This document shows, piece after piece, positions 12,740 to 23,749 of a stretch of DNA of 64,000 nucleotides. The stretch spans positions 59,086,001-59,150,000 of the forward strand of contig NC_087437.1 of assembly GCF_036321535.1 (NCBI RefSeq). Direction: 5' to 3'. The notes below the pieces were generated by a model. That model saw only the letters and a list, made by a program, of their open reading frames with translations, was not told the origin of the DNA and did not search any database. Every line of letters starts with the position of its first letter. Within the stretch, counting starts at the first letter, position 1. The position numbers and the translations under genes are program-made. Source of the stretch: Camelus dromedarius (Eukaryota).

Positions 12740-12869
12740 NNNNNNNNNNNNNNNNNNNNNNNNNNNNNNNNNNNNNNNNNNNNNNNNNNNNNNNNNNNNN
12801 NNNNNNNNNNNNNNNNNNNNNNNNNNNNNNNNNNNNNNNNNNNNNNNNNNNNNNNNNNNNNNNNNNNNN
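12740..12869. other. N-run, 130 nt, inside L1 ORF2
   Basis: Direct observation; frame preserved across it. Confidence 0.99.
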
Positions 12870-13327
12870 TAATTTCCTTCATCAATGGTTTGTAGTTTTC
12901 TGTGTATAATTCTTTCACCACCTTGGTTAGATTTATTCCTAGGTATTTTATTACTTTGGGTGCTATTTTAAAGGGGATTGTTTCTTTACTTTCTTTTTCT
13001 GTTGATTCGTTGTTAGTGTAAAGAAATGCAACTGATTTTTGAGCATAACACTTTAAATTGTTCAGAATATCTTTGTATCTACTCTTTTACTGGAACCCCT
13101 GACCAATGTACAAAGCACATGTTATCACTAGTTTGCAGATTAAGAACACAGCTTGGGAGGAACCTCTTATCCATGTTCACATAGGGAGCACATCCACGTG
13201 GCCCCCACCACACCACCCTCTGCCCACAGAGCATCACGGCACATGCCACAGTCCCACCCAGCACCATTAACAGAGCAGCCCTTTTGAGTTAATCATGAGA
13301 TCTGTGATCACAGAACATTTAAAAAAA

Positions 13328-13664
13328 TTTTTTTAATTGAAGTGTAGTTGATTTACAATGTTAGTTTCAGGTGTACAGCAAAGTGATTCAGATATACATA
13401 TATATTTTTTCAGATTCTTTTCCATTATATGTTATTATAAGAAATTGAATATAGTTCTCTGTGCTATACCTTAGGTCCTTGTTGTTTATCTATTTTATAT
13501 ATAGTACTGTGTATCTGTTAATCCCAGACTCCTAATTTATCCTCATCTCTCTCTCCCCTTTGGTAACCATAGTTGGTTTTCTATGTCTGTGAGTCTATTT
13601 TTGGTTTGTAAATAAGATTTGTATCATGTTTTTTTTTAGATTCCACATAAAAGTATCATATCAT
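13328..13664 (-). mobile_element. Laurasiatherian/artiodactyl L1 3'UTR fragment
   Basis: ttttaattgaagtgtagttgatttacaatgttagtttcaggtgtacagcaaagtgattcag...tagattccacat; possible TSD gaacattt (13313-13320 / 13665-13672). Confidence 0.9.
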
Positions 13665-13714
13665 GAACATTTTTTAAAACACCTAAAATTCACTTTCTGT
13701 ATGTCTTTGGTTGG

Positions 13715-14723
13715 AAACAACTGGCGACATAATTTGAAGGACCCAATGCAAAATGCAAGTATAGAGCCCCTTGTTCAACAAGTTGGGGAAAGGGTGCCAT
13801 TAGAGGTTCTAAAATATAAAGCTTTTCCTTTCTTCTGTGGGCTCGCTCTCAACTTGTCACGGTAGTTTTGACTTGCTGTTTACTGTCATTCTAAGTAGAG
13901 CAAAATTAAATTTTTAAATTTTTGGCATGAGTTTTACTGTTTATCTGTAGATTGTACAATTCCAGATTTATGCAAACAGAAGAGCCTCTAAATCCTATGC
14001 AGAATCACCGAAATGAAAGAATTTTGACTTTGTATCCCATGCGTGCATGTGTTTTGTTCCTACTAGAACAGCAGAAGTGCCACTCCAAAGTAACTCAGCT
14101 GTCTATTTCACTTCAAAATACACACACATTCCCGCAGCTCTCTGCCTCTGGCTTACTGAGAAGGCTGCTGAAAGGACAGGCAACTCTGCAGCACCCTCTC
14201 TCCCTCTCCTTCTGTCGTCATTTTCAGCGTAAATGCTTGGCCACTATGGGGAAGTCCCATGAGTAAAAAGAGATACGATGGGATTCTCTGGTCAGTCATG
14301 TCTCTTAGAACATCGCTGTCTTCTTTCTGCAGAATGTGTTCCATTCTGATTGGGAACAGAAAGTGTGGTCTCTCAGGGCCACCGGCGTCCCCCTTACTCA
14401 CTTACAGACATAGCACACTTACTTTGCTTTGAGTGTCACCGAACTCCCTTGATTGTGGGGCCACTGGGATTCCAGACTCCCGGGGCATGGAGCGTATTGT
14501 GTGAATATGGGGAGCAAGGAATCCCCGTGGACAAGCATGCTTCCTGCATCTCCCTTGCTCCACCATCTCTTTGGACTTCACTTTACAAAGCAGAAGCTCC
14601 AAGATAAAATTATTAAGCATGTCAACACAATGGCAGCAGAGCAAAAAACCAAGCACAGGGCCCTTCTGAGCACAGAGTCCTGTACCAACTGCACAGGTCA
14701 CATGCCAGTGAAGCTGGCTCCAG
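13715..14723 (-). mobile_element. About 1 kb hAT-Tip100 element (MER45B/C-like), apparently full length
   Basis: Both MER45 termini are present in reverse complement: ctggcgacataatttgaaggacccaatgcaaaatg (left) and cagggcccttctgagcacagagtcctg...caggtcacatgccagtgaagctggctccag (right). Confidence 0.8.
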
Positions 14724-15234
14724 TCAGAAGCCAAAGTCAACTTTGATTATTACTAGTCCAGTGGCTTTAAGAGTGTACACATTTTTCTCAGGCCTGAACT
14801 GTAGCCAAACTTCTGGATGAGCTCCAGTGTGGACCCCCTTCCTCACAACACCCTTAACAAAACTGGTAAGACTCAGGAAAGTGCCATCCCGTAGGGAAGA
14901 TGGGATGTCCAGTACTGCACTACGGGACAGTCACGTGTCTGTAGCTGGGTGACTTGGGGAGGAGCAAGGAAAGTGGGGTACAAATAAGCTGGGCACAGCT
15001 AAGGTACAGGGAAAGGAGAAATCTGGTCCAGGAAATGCTATCATGACCAGTAATTAGGGGAGGAATGCAAAACGGCACCATCATCTAGTGATGCTCTTCT
15101 TTCTCCAAAAAATGATGTTTTTGAGAAACTCATCACAGGAGATGTCTCTCTGGCACACACATATGCATGCTCTCCAATCCCAGGAATATCTGTGCCAGAG
15201 TGGAAGAAGCCAGGGAGAGCGCCGTTCTGCTCAC

Positions 15235-15415
15235 AACTCTGATTTTAACTCAGTGTGGGATTCGGAGCAGGTCACCTAACTTCTCTGTGCCTCAGTTCTC
15301 TTCTCTATAAAATAAGAGCAACGACTCCTCATCCGGTGGTAGGTTGCTTGTGAGAATTAAACTGGACAACGACGTAAAGTGGGCTGTAAACTGGAAATCA
15401 CTGGGCACTTGCAAA
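15235..15415 (+). mobile_element. MIR SINE
   Basis: gcaggtcacctaacttctctgtgcctcagttcttctctataaaat...gtgagaattaaactggac. Confidence 0.7.
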
Positions 15416-15429
15416 GGCGTGCGTATTCA

Positions 15430-16330
15430 CTGGCATGCTGGTACCGTGTGTCTACATGGTCTATATCACATACAGACCCCATCANNNNNNNNNNNNNNNN
15501 NNNNNNNNNNNNNNNNNNNNNNNNNNNNNNNNNNNNNNNNNNNNNNNNNNNNNNNNNNNNNNNNNNNNNNNNNNNNNNNNNNNNNNNNNNNNNNNNNNNN
15601 NNNNNNNNNNNNNNNNNNNNNNNNNNNNNNNNNNNNNNNGGTTCAAAGGAACGCGAAACAAAAGCGTCTCTTTGTGATGTGTTCACTCTTCCTTCATTGT
15701 CCCCTTTCACCCTCCAAGGGCCTTCATGTAAAGAAAGGGGCTGCTAATGTGGCGAGTGGGAGTTTAAAATCGTCCCGGGCCAACAATGTTGGCACATTCT
15801 GCCTGGCCTCATTACAGAATCNNNNNNNNNNNNNNNNNNNNNNNNNNNNNNNNNNNNNNNNNNNNNNNNNNNNNNNNNNNNNNNNNNNNNNNNNNNNNNN
15901 NNNNNNNNNNNNNNNNNNNNNNNNNNNNNNNNNNNNNNNNNNNNNNNNNNNNNNNNNNNNNNNNNNNNNNCGGCCTCCGAGGCCCCAAGCACCCCACTTC
16001 AGAACGGCATTCAGTGAAATACCAACACGGTAACCTGCATGTTTATTCATTGGCCGGCCCCCTCCTTTTAATGGAGTCCCTTCCCCATTGTGGCCACTTG
16101 ACGCTTTCACAGACCTAAAGGGAGAGGCTTCCTTTCCAAGCCATTGGGATCCTTAGCAACCCACACCTTGTGAGTGGCTCGACCAGGCTAATTAGGTTTG
16201 TTCTGCCTTTTTGGCCCAAGCTTATTTTGTCAGGTATTCTGCTGTGGGATTAAAGAGTCATTAATCACCCCAGACTGACACTGACAAGGTGGCTTTTATG
16301 ATGAAGTCCACTTCCCTGGTGTTGGCTGGA
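15430..16330. promoter_or_regulatory. Putative conserved enhancer (SOX/TCF/homeodomain motifs) containing N-runs 15485-15639 and 15822-15970
   Basis: No recognisable repeat; TTCAAAG 15642, CTTTGT 15670, CATTGT 15695 and 16086, AACAATG 15782, CTAATTAG 16188. Confidence 0.5.
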
Positions 16331-16529
16331 GCCAAGGCCGGATCTGTCTGGCATTACACATCAGAAGAAGGTACTACTTCTTTCTAGTCAACCTCAGGAC
16401 ACCCACCACAGCCCCAGTCCTGGAGGAGGCGGGAGCCAGGGCCAGAGATAGCATCGATCTGCAAACTGTGCTCACAGCAGCTGGCTGGAGCCAGTTCCGG
16501 GACGGACGTTTTACAGAACAAGAGTATAG

Positions 16530-16700
16530 CATGACAGAGGTGGGGTGGGGGTGAGCCACCATCCACACTTTACTGAAGGAAGCACTGAAGCTCAGAGATG
16601 GGGAGGGACTTGCTGAAGGGTACACAGTGAGTCACAGTGAAAGCCAAGATTAGAAGGGGCATCTCACCACCACATCTGAACCCAAATCTAAGCTTTTAAT
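16530..16700 (-). mobile_element. MIR SINE
   Basis: cactttactgaaggaagcactgaagctcagagatggggagggacttgctgaaggg. Confidence 0.65.
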
Positions 16701-16829
16701 AACCATTTTCATTCACCAAGTGCTACAAATGCTAGGCATCGAACTAGGTAGTCTTGCATACAAAAGGTCTGATTTAATTTAATTTACATGTCCTTTTAAT
16801 GAGATGACTGGTGAATGTGCCCAGCAACA

Positions 16830-16935
16830 ATTAGTTGTCACTCAACACAACAGTTTACGTAGGTATAATCATCCCGATTTTTTATGGACAAGAAAACAGA
16901 GACACAAAAAGGTTAGATAATTCATTCACGGCCTA
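16830..16935 (-). mobile_element. MIR SINE fragment
   Basis: gtaggtataatcatcccgattttttatggacaagaaaacagagacacaaaaaggttag. Confidence 0.55.
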
Positions 16936-17164
16936 TATGCTTTCGCCGGTGCCAGACTGGCTTTTGAAAAGATGAGAAGAGTTCCCTAAATCCAGCTGGT
17001 CCTGTGAACTTTCATTATTACTTATGCAAATCATAAATGAAACGTTTAGGCCAGTCATTTAAACATCCGATTATCAGGATTTATTGTTTCCCTTTTCTCA
17101 CTTAGACGTGTGATAACTTTTTCCCTGCTGACGTCTTCCTGTCCTCCTTTCTTCTTTTATCCTT

Positions 17165-17250
17165 TCATCAGTTTAACGAACATTTATGGAGCAACTATGA
17201 TGCCAAGTGCTGGAGATGCTGAGATTAAAAACGCATGGCTGCAGGCCCCT
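17165..17250 (-). mobile_element. L2 3' terminus
   Basis: aacgaacatttatggagcaactatgatgccaagtgctggagatg. Confidence 0.6.
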
Positions 17251-17669
17251 TTCTCATGAAGTGACTGGAAAGTAAGGGCCTCACAAATTCAAGAGTAAAC
17301 CAAGAAAGAGGAAGACCAGGATGTAGGAAGCAGGACTCCAGCCCAGCAGGGCAGTGAAGGGAACCCCAGGGCGCGGCAGGGGGTCCCGGGAGGACCCGGG
17401 GGCCTGGAGGCCCCGCCCAGACCACTGCAGGGCAGACCTCCCTCTGGGGGAGGCCTGAACCAAGCTGAGTTTGATAGAAGACTTGATCATTCAAGTACCT
17501 GGGGAGGGGATTTAGATCTTTGGCAAAGAGTCTGAACTTTAATTATTGCTTAATACCAAGGAAACAAAGCAAATGAAAAAAGAAGACAGTTACTAACTCC
17601 AGGAAAGGAAAAGTAATCACAGTCTACCGAAGGGCTCCATTAAAAATATAATTTATATTTTCATAATGT

Positions 17670-18008
17670 TGTTAAAAACAAGACAACAGGCCCCAAATGG
17701 AGTTGCTTATGCTAAGCCCCATGTCACCAAACCAAGACTTAATTACAGTTTCGGTTCTCCCAGAAAGGGAATCTGAAACCAGTCCATCAAGAATTGCCTG
17801 ACAGACCCCCGCCACCCCTGAAAGGAACCTTCCTAGTATGACTTCCTGGTTCCTGTTTCTACTCCCTTCTGCCTATAAGTGTTTCATTTTACACAACCTC
17901 TCAGAATGCCTTTTTGTCTGCTAGATTGGATGTGCCTGATTCATGAATCGTTGAACAAAGCCAGCTAGATCTTTAACATTTACTGGGTTAAATTTTGGTT
18001 TTTTAACA
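17670..18008 (+). mobile_element. ERV1-class solo LTR (339 bp)
   Basis: tgttaaaaac...ttttaaca inverted termini; perfect 4-bp TSD ATGT (17666-17669 / 18009-18012); TATA-like cctataag and polyA-like gaacaaagcc. Confidence 0.85.
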
Positions 18009-18504
18009 ATGTAAACACAGAGTTTTGAATAAATTATATTCACATTTGACAATCTTGGAAGGATGTGGACTGGAAGAGGAGTGTGCATGTGAGGGGGCCT
18101 GGCTAGAACAGGGGCTGAAAGAGCAAAACGCACCTTTCCTAGTGGGAATTCCAGAGTCAATGCTTAAAGCTGAAAAATCAGGACAGAAGCACAAGCATGT
18201 CAACGGCAACCCTCGTGGAACTATTTGACTCTCCAAATTACGTGCCTGTGAAACTTTGATAAATATGAAAACTAAAAAGACGTTGACTAATTTAATTTTA
18301 AAGTTAGACATCATGTTGTGGTCAAGGGATTAACAATGTTACTGGGAGACTGTCAGGCGAAGAAATGTTCGTTGTACACCTGGGATGCGCTGGCCTAGTG
18401 CCTTGAGCAGCTGTACCTGGGAAAAGGGAGGGGTCCTGAGGAATCAGTTTCATGAACAAAGGAAGTATGGAAGCAGGAGGAGGAGGTACAACATTGGAGA
18501 GGGG

Positions 18505-18640
18505 GACTAGACTGGACAGTAAGCCTGACCCAGACCCAGTCTGAATCCCAGCTTCTGTACTTATAGGTCACATGACTTTAGACAAGCTACCTAACCTCTC
18601 CGAGCCTCATTTTCTACATCCATAAAAAAGAAACATACTG
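18505..18640 (+). mobile_element. MIR SINE
   Basis: gtctgaatcccagcttctgtact...gactttagacaagctacctaacctctccgagcctcattttctacatc. Confidence 0.65.
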
Positions 18641-18975
18641 GGTGCCTCCCCGAAGAAACTTCTTATTGGTCTAAGAACCTCCAGTGGGTTTTAGGTTTTT
18701 CAGTTAAACAACAAGCTCAGAACTGAAGTGTCATGTTCATGTTCATTCTAAGAAACAGTTTTTAAAATACTGCCTATGTTCCAGCTAATACAGTCTATGG
18801 CTAGAGTTGATTTTATTTTCCCAAGCTATATTGTTTTAAAATTATTCCTATTAAACTTCCTTTGACCGTCTATTTATAAAGTCACTTTGAATTTCCCTTG
18901 TTTAAACATTAGCAACCCTTTCCAACATGGTGTTAATTACAAAAAAGTAAGCTTACTTCTCATTCCACTACTTCA

Positions 18976-19152
18976 NNNNNNNNNNNNNNNNNNNNNNNNN
19001 NNNNNNNNNNNNNNNNNNNNNNNNNNNNNNNNNNNNNNNNNNNNNNNNNNNNNNNNNNNNNNNNNNNNNNNNNNNNNNNNNNNNNNNNNNNNNNNNNNNN
19101 NNNNNNNNNNNNNNNNNNNNNNNNNNNNNNNNNNNNNNNNNNNNNNNNNNNN
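18976..19152. other. N-run, 177 nt, in unique sequence
   Basis: Direct observation. Confidence 0.99.
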
Positions 19153-20254
19153 CGTCTTCAGGGCTGACTCAGACACATTTATAAAGCCTCTACTAAATAT
19201 TTAACACATATGAGGCACTAAATAAACACTAGTCCTCAAACACTGTATCAGCAGAACCCATAAGATCAATGGTTTTTCTCGTTTCTTAAAAATATACAAA
19301 ATACACGCAGAAAATCCAAGCTATTCAGAATGACTCAAAGTCAGAAAGAAATCAGCCTTACTATGTGTCTAGGTCCTGAATGAAATTTCCTGGGTCTGGC
19401 TTTCAGTTTGGAAAGATGCAATCAACTCATTAAGGCCATTTTCCTTACATACACTTTTCCTCATATCAAATATATTCTTAGTTTGAACAATCAGAAAACT
19501 ACACAGACAATCTGGCCTTGTTTTATTTTTCTTAGGTCCTCATCTCATGGATCTCTGACTCTGTGTCTCCCCTCAGGTCTGGGACCCTCCTCTTTCCTCC
19601 TTTCCTTCTTTCTGGGGCTCATTCCCTCCGCCCAAGCTAACAGATAGAAGCCTTGCTCTCCTCCGGGCTTTGCCCTTCAGTCCTCCGCATGTGCACACAG
19701 CCCGTGTCAGCGTTTGTCCCAAAGACTTGAGGCTGTTTTTCAAAAAGATTTAATATTTCCATAACAAATGAAGATTTGACTCAGCCTTTGGGAAAATACC
19801 ATTAGAGGCTGGCCTCCCAGACTTTCAGGGGATGGAAATGGGCTCCCCAGAGGGCAGGTTTAAAAAAAAATCAATATAAATGATATTTACTTGCAGTATT
19901 TTGGAAGGGAAGAAAGAGTAGAAGGAAGAAAAAAAATCTGTCTGAACGAGAGAGGTATAATTCGGAAGCTGCCACACAGTAAGTAGGAACCTCCGAGAAC
20001 AGACCATCATTCTTTACAGTTTGACAAGAAGGTTGATGGGAGAAGTCGTGACCTGACTTGCACCTGTTCTTCAAGGAGCATGAGAAACACTGCTGGCCAA
20101 GCCCTGTTCACAGTCAGGAAGGTGGGAAGGGCTTAGCAGCACGGGGAAGACCACCTTCCATAAAACCCTTATATATATGATCACCAAGCTGGGAATAATA
20201 ACCGTGTATTTTATAACCATAACTAATATCATATATTATTAAAATCAAAGCTAA

Positions 20255-20440
20255 AATGTATTGAGTACTTGCCGTGTGCCACACACTGTGCTAAGTATTT
20301 TGCTTGCAATGCATATATTTAATTCTCATAACAAATCCATTTAAGAGTCTCTACTATGATTTTCCCTAAGTAACAGATGAGGAATGAGGCTTAAAGTGGT
20401 GGTGATTTACCCATGTAAAGTCAGGACTCAGACAGATACA
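20255..20440 (-). mobile_element. MIR SINE
   Basis: tattgagtacttgccgtgtgccacacactgtgctaag...aacagatgaggaatgaggctt. Confidence 0.7.
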
Positions 20441-20687
20441 ATTTCTCCTGATTAGAGCTCCAGTTTTATGGCAGGACAATTTTTTAAAGTATTAGTTTGT
20501 ATGCCTTTTTCCTGAATTTCCACAAGCCCTCCAAGCAGACAGTCCTGCTTCAAGGTTGGGCAGCAATCAACAAAGGCTAAAAACTGAATCTCTTTCTGTC
20601 TTTTGTAGAAGTCAAAGCACAGAGATGCCAGGTGTCCTGGAGGGACCTTTGAAAGCAGCATAGGAGAGAAGAGAGGTGAGAACTTTC

Positions 20688-20698
20688 ACTTATTTATG

Positions 20699-20733
<35 letters not shown>

Positions 20734-20860
20734 TGGAGGGGAGGTGGAGGTAATTAAGTTTACTTATTTGTTTATTTTTAGAGGAGGTACTGGGGATTGA
20801 ACCCAGAACCTTGTGTTTGCTAAGCATGCACTCTACCACTCAAGCCATATCCTCCCCCTC
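20688..20860 (-). mobile_element. Vic-1-type camelid SINE (tRNA-Ala derived) with (TATC)8 tail
   Basis: Reverse complement ggaggatatggcttgagtggtagagtgcatgcttagc...gggttcaatccccagtacctcc; perfect 15-bp TSD gaggtgagaactttc (20673-20687 / 20861-20875). Confidence 0.95.
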
Positions 20861-21539
20861 GAGGTGAGAACTTTCTCCAGCCTCAGAGAGAAGCCCCTGA
20901 AGTCCGTGCAGTCTCAGCCCTTTGGGGCTCGGGGGTGCTCAGCCTCCCCTGGGACCCGTTGGGGAGCGTGGAGGAGACAGCCCAGTAATGACTGGGATTA
21001 TTTCCTCCACCTGAAAGGATGAGGGCGTAAGGAAGGATTTAAGATCAAATGTATGTACTAAGAGTCGTACCTACCACCACACCACACACTGAGTAGGGAG
21101 GAATGAGCAGTCCCTCCACCACCAACTCCTGTTTGCTGCCTGTGGGGATTTGGCCCAGGTGGGGTCAAGGGGCCGGCATAAAGAGCAGAAAGCGCCAAGG
21201 TCCACCTCCACCTGCAGCAGAGAGGAAAACCACTCTTCACACTGCAGTGAACTTCTCCCCATTCACCCTCAACCAAGGGATGACCCACTGAGTGTACCCT
21301 CCCGGCTCCAAGAGGACCCCACATGCCATACACTGCGGGATCCATCACTGCAACAGAGAAAACATCTGCCCAAATGCACAGCCCACTGTCAGGGACTCAG
21401 CCGGAAACTCTCCCCAGAGCTGCCCTGTCCCCTCTCCCAAAGCTTGAACATTTTTACAATTGAGAAAATATAACTTTTCTGGGAGTAGGTCTATCCGACC
21501 TTACAGTCCGCACAAGCACTCGTTTATAAACTCTCACTG

Positions 21540-21730
21540 CATCTTCCACTTCCCCTTCCCAAAACCATCTGTATGACATGTTGATTTGTGTAACTATTGT
21601 CTAATCTCTGTCTTCTATGTTAGAAGTTCCATGAAGGAAGGGACTGGGCCTTGTCCTTTGCTATATTCCCAGCATCCAGCACAGTTTTGGGGCCACAGTA
21701 GGTGTTCAGTTCTTACTTTCTGAATGAACA
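21540..21730 (+). mobile_element. L2 3' end
   Basis: ttagaagttccatgaaggaagggactggg...cccagcatccagcacagt...cagtaggtgttcag...ctgaatgaa. Confidence 0.75.
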
Positions 21731-21749
21731 TGGAGCAGTGACGGTTGGC

Positions 21750-21880
21750 CAAGGCCTTAGTGACCACCCAGCCCAATGCTCTGAGAGACTAAGGCCAGAG
21801 GGGCTGAACAACTTGCCTGAGATTTCTAACCTGGTTGAAAAAAATCCAAGACCCCAAGCAGACCTTTGAATGACTTTCTT
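21750..21880 (-). mobile_element. MIR fragment
   Basis: gagagactaaggccagaggggctgaacaacttgcctgagat. Confidence 0.5.
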
Positions 21881-22159
21881 CTCCTTGACTCTAGCATCTT
21901 CAGTCTCTAAATTTATCATGGATGGACCAAGACCAAACCCTGGACCACCTGTCCATGCACCCATCCTTGCCCACACTTCATGCTCTTAAGCTCCTCCATT
22001 ACCATATTGTCTTAGGCCTGTCCTATCTATATTTTTGGTACCCTCTGTCCCCGAGAGTGTCTCCGTCTTCCCAAGACCTAAAAAAAGATTAGCTTTTCTT
22101 CTCACAAAAAAATGTTGGTTTTTAATATGAGATTCAGAGACTTTAAAACTTGTCCTTGT

Positions 22160-23065
22160 TCAACAGCTATTTACTGAGTACCTATAACATGGACACTATC
22201 CCAGTACAGGGTGTACAGCAATAAGCAAACTGAGCTTTTGTGGCACATATATTCTGTTGTGAAGACGGATAATAAAGGTAAACCAATAAATAAAATAACT
22301 TCAAATAGTGACCAGTGCTATGAAGAAAATAAGACACAGTGAAAAGTTAGAGACTGGAGGTGTGGGCTATTCCTGATCAGGAGTTAGAGAAGACTTCTGT
22401 GGGAAGGACATATTTAAGTTAAGGCTGAATACTAAGAAAAAACCAGCCTGCAGAATTCTTGGGGAAAGTATTTCAGAAGGAACAATTGTGATGGTCCTGA
22501 GGACCTGGCCAGTTGCTGAGAGTAGTGAACAAAGCCTTTGAGAAGTCAGTGAGGCGGGCGAAGGGCAGATCACATAGAGTCCTGTAGGCCATGGAGGATG
22601 ATTGAATTTTGGCATCAAAAAGCCATTGGAAGCTTTAAGTTAGGGAGTGATACGATCCTTTCACATTTCAAATGACCAAAAAGACTCGGCTGCCACATAG
22701 AACAGCAGCAAGGAGACAAACCCATAGGCTACTGCAGTGGTCCAGCCCAAGAGAGGCACGTTCAAGGACTAGGCCAGTAGCAGCAGAAACTGTGAGAAGC
22801 ACCTGGACTTGGGATATATATTGGAGACAGAGCTGACATGAATTACTGATGGATTAGATGTGTGAAGGAAAGAGATGAAACAAATATGACCCCAGGATTT
22901 TGGCTTGATTATAGGTGAATGACGGTTTATTTCCTAATATGGAGAAGATTGGGTAAGAAGCAATTTTGCAGGGGTGTGGATAACCAAGAATTGGTTTTGG
23001 AAGCAAGTTCACGAGGTCTATTAAACAGCCTCGTGGAGATGCCAAGTTAGCAACCAGATGTGCAA
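22160..23065 (-). mobile_element. L2a LINE, about 0.9 kb 3' segment
   Basis: caacagctatttactgagtacctat...cagatcacatagagtcctgtaggccatgg...agccattggaagctttaag...ggattagatgtg. Confidence 0.85.
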
Positions 23066-23384
23066 ACCAAGGTTTATATAGAATAATTGAGGAATTTCTG
23101 AAATCTAACTAGAAAATTTAGGCCAAGGCCTCAAGTCTCACTACCCAACCATTTATAGGTGACCCTCCCTAGTGGTTTCTGCACAGGAATCTCTTTAACT
23201 TAATCTTCCAAAAAAAGGGCCCCCAGGTCTAATCTCTCAGCTGCAGGGAGGTGGGGCAGATCTCATAGCAGATGTCTACTGAGTGGCCTAGCATTTCTGA
23301 ACTATGAAGTTTTACCATTACATCAATGAATCAGGGAACAATTGCAATTCCAACCTTTAATTAGTGAAAAGGTTTGTTCTTTCT

Positions 23385-23528
23385 TTTTTTTAAATTGAAG
23401 CATAGTTGATTTACAATGTTGTGTTAGCTTCTGGTGTACAGCATAGTGATTCTATTATACATATATATTCTTTTTCATATTCTTTTTCATTATAGGTTAT
23501 TACAAGATATTGAATACAGTTCCCTGTG
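23385..23528 (-). mobile_element. L1 3' terminus fragment
   Basis: ttttttaaattgaagcatagttgatttacaatgttgtgttag...ttacaagatattgaatacagttccctgtg. Confidence 0.85.
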
Positions 23529-23749
23529 GATATGTCCTTTCTTAATCCTACTGTCTACAAGGGCAGCCTCCAGCTGTGAGGCCAATTCTGGAAGCTCCTG
23601 CCCTGAGATTTCTTGTTAGATGCTGTAATAAATGTCCTTATTCCTAAAACTGCTTAAAGTTGGATCTTCCCTTCCTTCCATATACTTAGATTTCCCATGG
23701 AGCTCACCCCTTCAAGCATAAACACCCCTTTATTCTAACCACTCCACTT

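Larger units (their letters stand above)
11428..13038 (-). pseudogene. L1 ORF2p C-terminal remnant (end of RT domain to C-terminus)
   Basis: One frame throughout: [10 protein letters not shown]...KYLGINLTK...GGITLPDF...KWCWENW...INSRWIKDLN...[18 protein letters not shown] (CCHC motif)...EYYSAIK...SLICGI*; only two visible premature stops, TGA 12073-12075 and TAG 11740-11742. Confidence 0.95.
11135..13042 (-). mobile_element. Young 5'-truncated camelid L1 (about 1.9 kb)
   Basis: Poly-T tail from about 11132; 3'UTR 11135-11427; 12-bp TSD gcacaacacttt (11123-11134) / gcataacacttt (13043-13054), followed by aa, matching the L1 endonuclease TTT/AA site. Confidence 0.95.

Noticed and set aside
11428-12921. 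ORFs with reverse-transcriptase-family similarity as a host gene
   Set aside because: They are L1 ORF2 remnants of a 5'-truncated element with premature stops.
15344-16118. Long ORFs containing X runs (also at 8367, 18887, 27219, 47245)
   Set aside because: The length is inflated by N-runs translated as X; the flanking peptides resemble nothing I recognise.
16388-16539. Exon-like open frame (NLRTPTTAPVLEEAGARARDSIDLQ...) after ctttctag
   Set aside because: No recognisable protein similarity; the putative donor coincides with the start of a MIR fragment.
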